Shown: piece by piece, positions 1 to 5,502 of the stretch
Layout of the letters: every line of letters begins with the position of its first letter
How positions within the stretch are numbered: position 1 is the stretch's first letter
Source: Amoeboradix gromovi X-113
Taxonomy: Eukaryota; Fungi; Sanchytriomycota
Length of the DNA: 5,502 nucleotides
Reading direction: 5' to 3'
NCBI GenBank assembly: GCA_018985225.1
Contig: JADGIF010000651.1
Coordinates: forward strand, 1-5,502
Program-made: the position numbers and the translations under genes
Notes under the pieces: generated by a model
Seen by the model: only the letters and a program-made list of their open reading frames with translations
What the model was told of the DNA's origin: nothing
Databases searched by the model: none

Positions 1-537
1 AATAAAATATCACTATTACTCTGTAAAAACTAGAATAGATAAGAGTAATGATGTTAGTATAACATTACAAAATGACTCTAGATAAGAGTACCGTCTAAGA
101 AAATGCACCTTTTGCTTGGATACTTAAAGACCTCATATATTTGAACGAGATGCAGGCTTCTAGTTTTATTTTGAAAAGAGGAATACAATCAATGAAAGAA
201 AATTGGTACAGAAGAAGATCTTTTATTAATGATAGCATTTCATCCGTATGGTGCACCTTTAAAAACGAGTCAGTCTAGTTTTTATATTTGGTGTCCCAAA
301 TATATTGTTCGATGAGACTGCGGCAAGCTTAATAATTAAAGATCTGAATAGAGACCTTAACATACTGGTACTCTTGTTCTACAAAATTCTTATTGCTGTT
401 GGTCTCTCCATTGAAAGTCGTTACTATATGTTTTTTGATTGATCACTGCCGAAATAGCAGCAGTTGTTACCTCTTACCATTCCAATTTCAGGCTACACAT
501 TATAATCCACTCAACGTTTTATTTGAAACAAATTGTT

Positions 538-1519
538 ATGGGTCAGCTTTTTTCCCTTTTAAAGAACACACCCACCGAAGCTATCAACATCAATATTGAG
601 CAAGTCTCACCAAACGCTAAAGAGCTGAAGCTATATACTGAGCTCTCAGAGTGGATGCAGAGCAGTAGTAAAATTATTCAACAGTTAAAAGAATATAAAG
701 GTTGCGCTAGTTTTATCCAAAAAGCTATAAGCAGCGCGTCCCAAGAGGCCGAACAGGAAGCATGGCAGCATCTTACACCATGTGTTATCATGTTAAAACA
801 GTTCTATGAATATGGCATAAAAATTGAACAGGCTCTCCCGAAGCTTTTGGATGTTCTATGCTTTGAAGATGGTGCAAAAGTTAAAAATATTGGTGAGCAG
901 CTTCAAAATTATCAAGCTTTGACTCGGTGTATGGCTTTAATAATTCATTTTACGAGCGAGTTTGATGACCTTAAGATGGTGAATCCAACAATTCAAAACG
1001 ACTTCAGTTATTACAGACGCACATTGTCTCGATATAAAGGACAAGATAAAGGCATCGCACCGGTGGTAAGTGATGAATTGGCCAACAGAATGAGCTTGTT
1101 TTTTGCATACCCCACTCCTCTTTTAAATGTTTTAACTAGTGCTACAACCACTTACGTCAATACAAAAGGAGTCCAATCTCAAGTAACGGATTGCCTAAGC
1201 AGTCTTGCTAGGGTATGCTTGATTGCTGTTTCTGAGAACAAGTATTTTATAAAACTCATGTAGACTCCAAAACCCTGGGGAAAATTCCTTATTTTGCTTA
1301 AGAGTAATGGTTGCTAGTGTTGTACTTTATGACCACATACATCCTAATGGAGTTTTCAAGAGTCAAGAGCTAAACATAAAGAGTATTATAAAAGGAATTC
1401 AGACTTATGGGGGAAATCAGATGGAGCAGTTGTTGAATGCATTAAGATTTACAACAAAGCATCTGAATGATGCAGATACCAAAAAAGATATTAAGTCGAT
1501 GTTGGGTGTGGCTACTTAG
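538..1519 (+). CDS. FAM49: CYRI/FAM49 family protein (CYFIP-related Rac1 interactor, DUF1394); join(538..1241,1264..1519), 319 aa
   Basis: ATG at 538 gives MGQLFSLL, an N-myristoylation-type start like MGNLLKVL of animal CYRI. Family motifs present: FDDLKMVNPTIQNDFSYYRR, ELANRMSLFFA.PTP, LLNALRFTTKHLND. Splicing out 1242..1263 gives ..SENK-LQNPGENSLFCLRVMVASVVLYDHIHPNGVF, matching the conserved FCLRVMVGVIILYDHVHP.GAF block. 704+256=960 nt, close to the roughly 324 aa of animal CYRI. Confidence 0.95.
1242..1263 (+). other. 22-nt spliceosomal intron (phase 2) GTATTTTATAAAACTCATGTAG
   Basis: GT..AG ends. Removal joins ORF 439..1263 in frame to ORF 1307..1519 and recovers the conserved FCLRVMV segment. 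Candidate branch site CTCAT (A at 1258). Confidence 0.9.
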
Positions 1520-1549
1520 TAAATAATATTGCAAATTTAAATGTGTTTA

Positions 1550-2672
1550 CTACAATTGAACAGGGTATTTGGGCAACGAAGAACTCGTACTATTTCTATA
1601 GTCTATAGAAAACCGAACTGACTGATTGCCTAGGCCGTTAGTTAGGATAGCGATGCTATCCATAGATTTAGCAGCCAACGGATGCTTAACAGAAAAGAGT
1701 TCAGAATCACTATCGCTGAAATCTATGTCTAGAGGCTTGGATGGATTTGGCGGTATAGATACATACGGGACGTCATGATTCAAAGTACGTAAAGAAGTTA
1801 TAAAGTAAACCCCAAAAAAGATTAACGCACATCCTAATATAAACAGAAACAGTTGGCGCCCAGTAACTTCTGCAAAATCATTAAAAAGGATAGCGCTTCC
1901 TAGAATAGCAAATAAAGTGAAGAATACAAACTGAATTGGTACAACTTGGGTGGACTCAAATCTGGCCATTGCTTTGTTTAGATAATGAATTTGAAGTATA
2001 CCTGAAAATATGAGAGTGAAAATCACAACATAGCTGATACCATACGCAAGCATACCAAGAGAGTGACTGGATAACAAGGTCGACATAGACTTTGTTGAAA
2101 GAACTGTGAAACCAGCTAAGTTAGTTGAAAATACCAGCTATCCCTACAATAGTCATATCAGTAAGTATAAATCTAGGCCCTATATAGTCATTAAATAATA
2201 TTAATACACTAGATACAAGTATTGAGCCTATGAAGTACAAAATAAATTTAGTTTGCATTATGCACGCCAGCAAGGTATTGGCATCAAACTTCTTCTCGTC
2301 TTTTTTGGCAGATGTTACAACTAGTACAGCTCCAACGACTGCTAGTACAATCCCATACAAGTCCCTTATTCTGAACTTCTCTTTTAAAATTAATGGTGCT
2401 AATATAGTGTTCGCAATTAAAGCCACTGTTCCTAATGGTGCTACTATAGTTGCCGAAGCAAAACTGTATGCTATAAAATTACCACATTCTCCCACTATTA
2501 AAAGTACCATCCCTATCCACCACGTTGATTCCTCTAGATATTTATATTCATCAGTCTCATTTCGTTCTTTAAGCTTACAATGTACATATTTCTGCAAATT
2601 CAACGCTGCTGAAATCAATATATTTCCTATTATCGCAGTTAATATTCCAATCCAACTGGCATACTCCTTCAT
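1550..2672 (-). CDS. NIPA: NIPA-family magnesium transporter (DUF803/Mg_trans_NIPA, DMT superfamily); complement(join(1550..2115,2135..2672)), 367 aa
   Basis: Motifs GNILISAALNLQK, WWIGMVLLIVGECGNFIAYSFASATIVAPLG, LAPLILKEKF, QIHYLNKAMARFESTQVVPIQFVFFT, GSAILFNDF, with multiple hydrophobic helices. Splicing out 2134..2116 gives IVGIA-AGFTVLSTKSMSTLL, the conserved G.FTVLSTK..S.LL block. 538+566=1104 nt. Confidence 0.95.
2116..2134 (-). other. 19-nt spliceosomal intron (phase 1) GTATTTTCAACTAACTTAG
   Basis: GT..AG ends with a textbook ACTAAC branch site 4 nt from the 3' end (followed by TTAG). Contains the in-frame TAA that ends ORF 2121..2672. Removal fuses in frame to ORF 1550..2086. Confidence 0.93.
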
Positions 2673-2724
2673 TTCAGAGTTCCATTAAATTCAGAAAACA
2701 ACGAAAAACAATTTTAAATTTAAA

Positions 2725-3898
2725 TTAAACAATGACAACTGACTTTATTTTGTCTGCGGGCAAAGAAAAGCTACCCATCATTGCTTTAACACTTTGTCGA
2801 ATGGAGTCATTTTGGTCTAGTATACACTTTGTAGACTCTTGTAATATAGTAAGATTCTCCATTGACTTCACTAAGTCCAGACTCATCTCTTTTAGCATAA
2901 TTAATTGTTCTTTAGTTAGTTTGGACATGTTCATCGCCTTGTCATTTAATTTCAAAAAATCTTGCTCTTCCATTTCGACGACTTTTTCAGTTCTGTAGTT
3001 GCTGTACAAATCCGACATATTGATTGAGAGTATCGTTATTGGAAATGCAACCAATAACAAAGCCACAAACATTGTAATTGCACCGATCGTCTTTCCAAGA
3101 CCAGAAAGTGGAAACAAATCACCATATCCAACCTTGATAAATATTAAGTACCGTAGTCATTGTTACAATAACATACCACATCGTATGTGGTATGGATTGA
3201 AATCCACTAGTGATGGAATTTTGAGAATATACAACAGTGCCATTTTCGTCGTAGTCTGAAATTCCAAGCTCAGCGAAAAAAACGAAGGCACCAAACAGTA
3301 TTAAAGAGTTGAAGAGAATTAATCCAAGCATAATTACAGCTTCCAGAGAACTTCTTAAAGCATTAAACATCATATGAACTTGTTTCATATTCTTAGAAGC
3401 TTTCAAGAGCCTTAATATACGAAAAATACGAATAATACGAACGATTCGTAAGACAGTGGCACCACTTGAACTTGCCAAAATTAGTTCAATATAAAAGGGT
3501 AGAATTGAAAGCAAATCAACAATCCAAGAAGGAGACACAATAAATTTTGGTAGCATAAAATAATTAGGACAAAACATGATCTTCGAAAAGTAATCAATAC
3601 TAAAAGTTATGTTAAAAAACAAATCAAACCCATCAAATATTGCTTTTTTCCCGTCCGTATTATTTAGCTCGTATACCGTTTCCAAGGAAAATTGTAATAT
3701 AGAACCAACAATAATTATAGACATGAGATATGACAAGTACTTTGCGACAGCATTATAAGTTACATCATTTAAGGTCCCAAAAACTATTTTTCGTGTACGG
3801 AGAAACACAGAGTCTTCAGATCTAATTAGCATTTGCTGAGACCACGATATTTCGCTGTTATTTGGCAGTTCCTTCTGAGTTTTTTTGAATTCCAACAT
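2725..3898 (-). CDS. Voltage-gated potassium channel, 6TM Kv-like (Ion_trans), no N-terminal T1 domain; complement(join(2725..3132,3152..3898)), 384 aa
   Basis: S1-S3 with IVDLLSILPFY, S4 LRIVRIIRIFRILRLLK (3451..3401), S5, pore helix FQSIPHTMWYVIV, the filter TMTT-VGYGDLFP formed only after removing 3151..3133, and S6 GKTIGAITMFVALLLVAFPIT. ATG at 3898 is preceded by AAAA. 747+408=1155 nt. An additional upstream exon cannot be excluded. Confidence 0.93.
3133..3151 (-). other. 19-nt spliceosomal intron (phase 0) GTACTTAATATTTATCAAG
   Basis: GT..AG ends. Removal reconstitutes exactly the K+ channel signature TMTTVGYGD, which tightly constrains the intron length. Candidate branch site TTTAT (A at 3138). 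Confidence 0.95.
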
Positions 3899-4495
3899 TT
3901 TAGTTCAAAAAAAAGCCACAAATCCATTAAGAAACAACACATGAGTTTCATCGTTGATTTTAACCTTTTATAAAACTTGAGTGTAAGACATCCTGATAGA
4001 ATTGAATTCCAGATGTTGGCGAAACCACAAATTCTAAAAACTTTAAACGGTGCAAGATATTAACCAGTTTAGCATCAACTAAGCAGTAGAACCTATCATT
4101 GCAATGGCGAACAGTGGCGAACTGCACGGTGATGGTATGAACTTAAATGCTTTTGAGTTTCTCTAAAATTACAAATCAAATTTATAGTGGTTAATGCTTG
4201 AGCACTTAACGACTTCATTAAAGAAATAAATCTGCATTCTTTAGGAGCTTATTTTTATGAGAAGCAAAGCGCCTTTAACCTGAAAATCTTACTAAGTATA
4301 AATTTAAGTATTTTTCATGAGATTTTGCAAGCAGAGTATTTTAAACAGCTATTACTATGCTAGTATCTTTCGAATTTAAACGAAGTTTAAGAATATCTTG
4401 GAAGGGTTGCGATTTCTAGAAAACAAAATTTGGATGCTTATCTTAATTAAACTGATTTATATCTGACAGTTGTGACTACTACTTTTTAGTTTACT

Positions 4496-4511
4496 TTTAG
4501 TCATGACTAAA
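4496..4511. repeat. Perfect 16-bp palindrome TTTAGTCATGACTAAA
   Basis: Read directly; self-reverse-complementary. Function unknown. Confidence 0.85.
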
Positions 4512-4560
4512 CTGTTAAGCATCAGAAGCTCATGACTTAAACTAAACTATAGACTAGTTC

Positions 4561-4603
4561 CAAAATAGAAGCATAGATTATATTTATTCCTCGTTCTATT
4601 TTG
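4561..4603. repeat. Perfect 10-bp inverted repeat CAAAATAGAA / TTCTATTTTG with 23-nt spacer
   Basis: Arms at 4561..4570 and 4594..4603, read directly. Function unknown. Confidence 0.75.
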
Positions 4604-5023
4604 CTAAACTGTATCCTGCTGTTTTCCATTTCTTTCACACCTGTCTCAAGGCTTACAGAAATAAATCTTGGTTACCATTTAAAGATAAACATTTATGGTG
4701 CTGAAAATTTCTATGGAAATCTGTATTTGGACATGATTTTTTCTTACTATTGATAATATGGTTAAGAAATTTGCAGAAGTAGGTTTACAGTTAACAAAGC
4801 AAAAAAGTGCCATACATGTGGCATTTCAAAGTGGTTTCCACACCACCAATCGAAAACGTCATAAAACAAATTATTTTCATATCGTTTAACTAAGAACTTT
4901 TCTTATTTTTTTTCATTGTAATTCCCAGCTTACTATTATCGTTTGATAATAACATTGCCTTCATTATCTCTCAAATTAGCTATGAAACTGCCACATTTAT
5001 AAAATAGTTTATACAATCACAGC

Positions 5024-5039
5024 AAAGCAATATTGCTTT
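5024..5039. repeat. Perfect 16-bp palindrome AAAGCAATATTGCTTT
   Basis: Read directly; self-reverse-complementary. Function unknown. Confidence 0.85.
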
Positions 5040-5323
5040 TCTTTTATTTGGTGAATGAAATATGTTCTGCTCGTCAGCCCTTTTCCTTTGCATCTTTGAA
5101 TTGCATATAACCGATCCAAAAACACGGAACTTAGCGCAATCTCATTATTAAATAGTTCGTCATATCGCTGGCATATTCGCTTTCTGCTGTGAGGACAGCT
5201 CTCTTATTGGTAAATAAACAGCGTGATCAGATGGAAGCGAGAGACTTAATATTGTTCGGACCATATGTATACGCTCGGTGATTTTTGGTTATAAAAGAGA
5301 ACAATTCCCTCAATAAATAACTT

Positions 5324-5476
5324 ATGAGTTCTAGCGCAACCTCATTGCATTCGAAGCAAACGTCTCCATATCCGACCGAGGATCACAAAATGCTAGTGAG
5401 GGTGGTAACATTCATTAGAAATCTACAGAATAAACATAGAAACACAAGAACAGTCAGACAAACAATTAGACTCTGA
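5324..5476 (+). CDS. Possible small ORF (50 aa, MSSSATSLHSKQTSPYPTEDHK...) or first exon of a gene running off the window
   Basis: ATG at 5324, TGA at 5474..5476, TATAAAAG at 5290..5297. No recognisable homology. Confidence 0.2.
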   Translation: MSSSATSLHSKQTSPYPTEDHKMLVRVVTFIRNLQNKHRNTRTVRQTIRL

Positions 5477-5502
5477 GCCAGTAAAAGACAACGCCTTAGA
5501 TA

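Noticed and set aside
81-99. 19-nt segment GATAAGAGTACCGTCTAAG whose removal would join open frames 2..80 and 100..278
   Set aside because: GA rather than GT donor, no A at -6, and the joined peptide is unrecognisable; probably coincidence.
439-537. 33-aa N-terminal extension of the CYRI ORF from a TTG start
   Set aside because: The gene is eukaryotic, and ATG 538 gives the family-typical Met-Gly start and the expected length.
393-599. 68-aa + strand ORF
   Set aside because: Non-ATG start, overlaps CYRI out of frame, no recognisable motif.
2230-2688. 152-aa + strand ORF
   Set aside because: Antisense shadow of NIPA exon 1 with no independent protein features.
2732-3259. 88-aa and 86-aa + strand ORFs
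   Set aside because: Antisense shadows of the Kv gene.
538-3898. Reading the three split genes as pseudogenes, programmed frameshifts, sequencing errors or six separate prokaryotic genes
   Set aside because: Each break is resolved by a GT-AG segment with shared donor and branch features. A simple frameshift would leave 6-7 extra residues, including inside the invariant K+ filter, and two of the segments contain in-frame stops.
538-3898. Alternative genetic code (TAA/TAG = Gln, as in many ciliates and one aphelid)
   Set aside because: No in-frame TAA/TAG within exons, Gln is encoded by CAA/CAG, and CYRI ends at TAG at the family-expected position.
3899-5502. tRNA, rRNA, CRISPR array or autonomous transposon
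   Set aside because: No cloverleaf or A/B boxes, no regularly spaced repeats, and no transposase or RT motifs visible by eye.

Overview
AT-rich, highly compacted eukaryotic genomic DNA in the standard genetic code. The six 'real' ORFs in the track are three two-exon genes, each split by one ultra-short GT-AG intron: CYRI/FAM49 Rac1 interactor (+, join 538..1241,1264..1519; 22-nt intron), a NIPA-family Mg2+ transporter (-, 2672..2135 + 2115..1550; 19-nt intron) and a 6TM voltage-gated K+ channel lacking a T1 domain (-, 3898..3152 + 3132..2725; 19-nt intron inside the TTVGYGD filter). Removing each intron restores the frame and a conserved family motif. All three introns fit GTAYTT...YTNAYNNAG, with the candidate branch A 6 nt from the 3' end. 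This tiny-intron system, close to the smallest known spliceosomal introns, is the main finding. The coding regions are only 30 and 52 nt apart. Gene content suggests a non-Dikarya, amoeboid or zoosporic fungus-like organism or a protist, which is inference only. Bases 1-537 and 3899-5502 contain no recognisable gene, only palindromes, hairpins, short repeats and a possible gene start at 5324.
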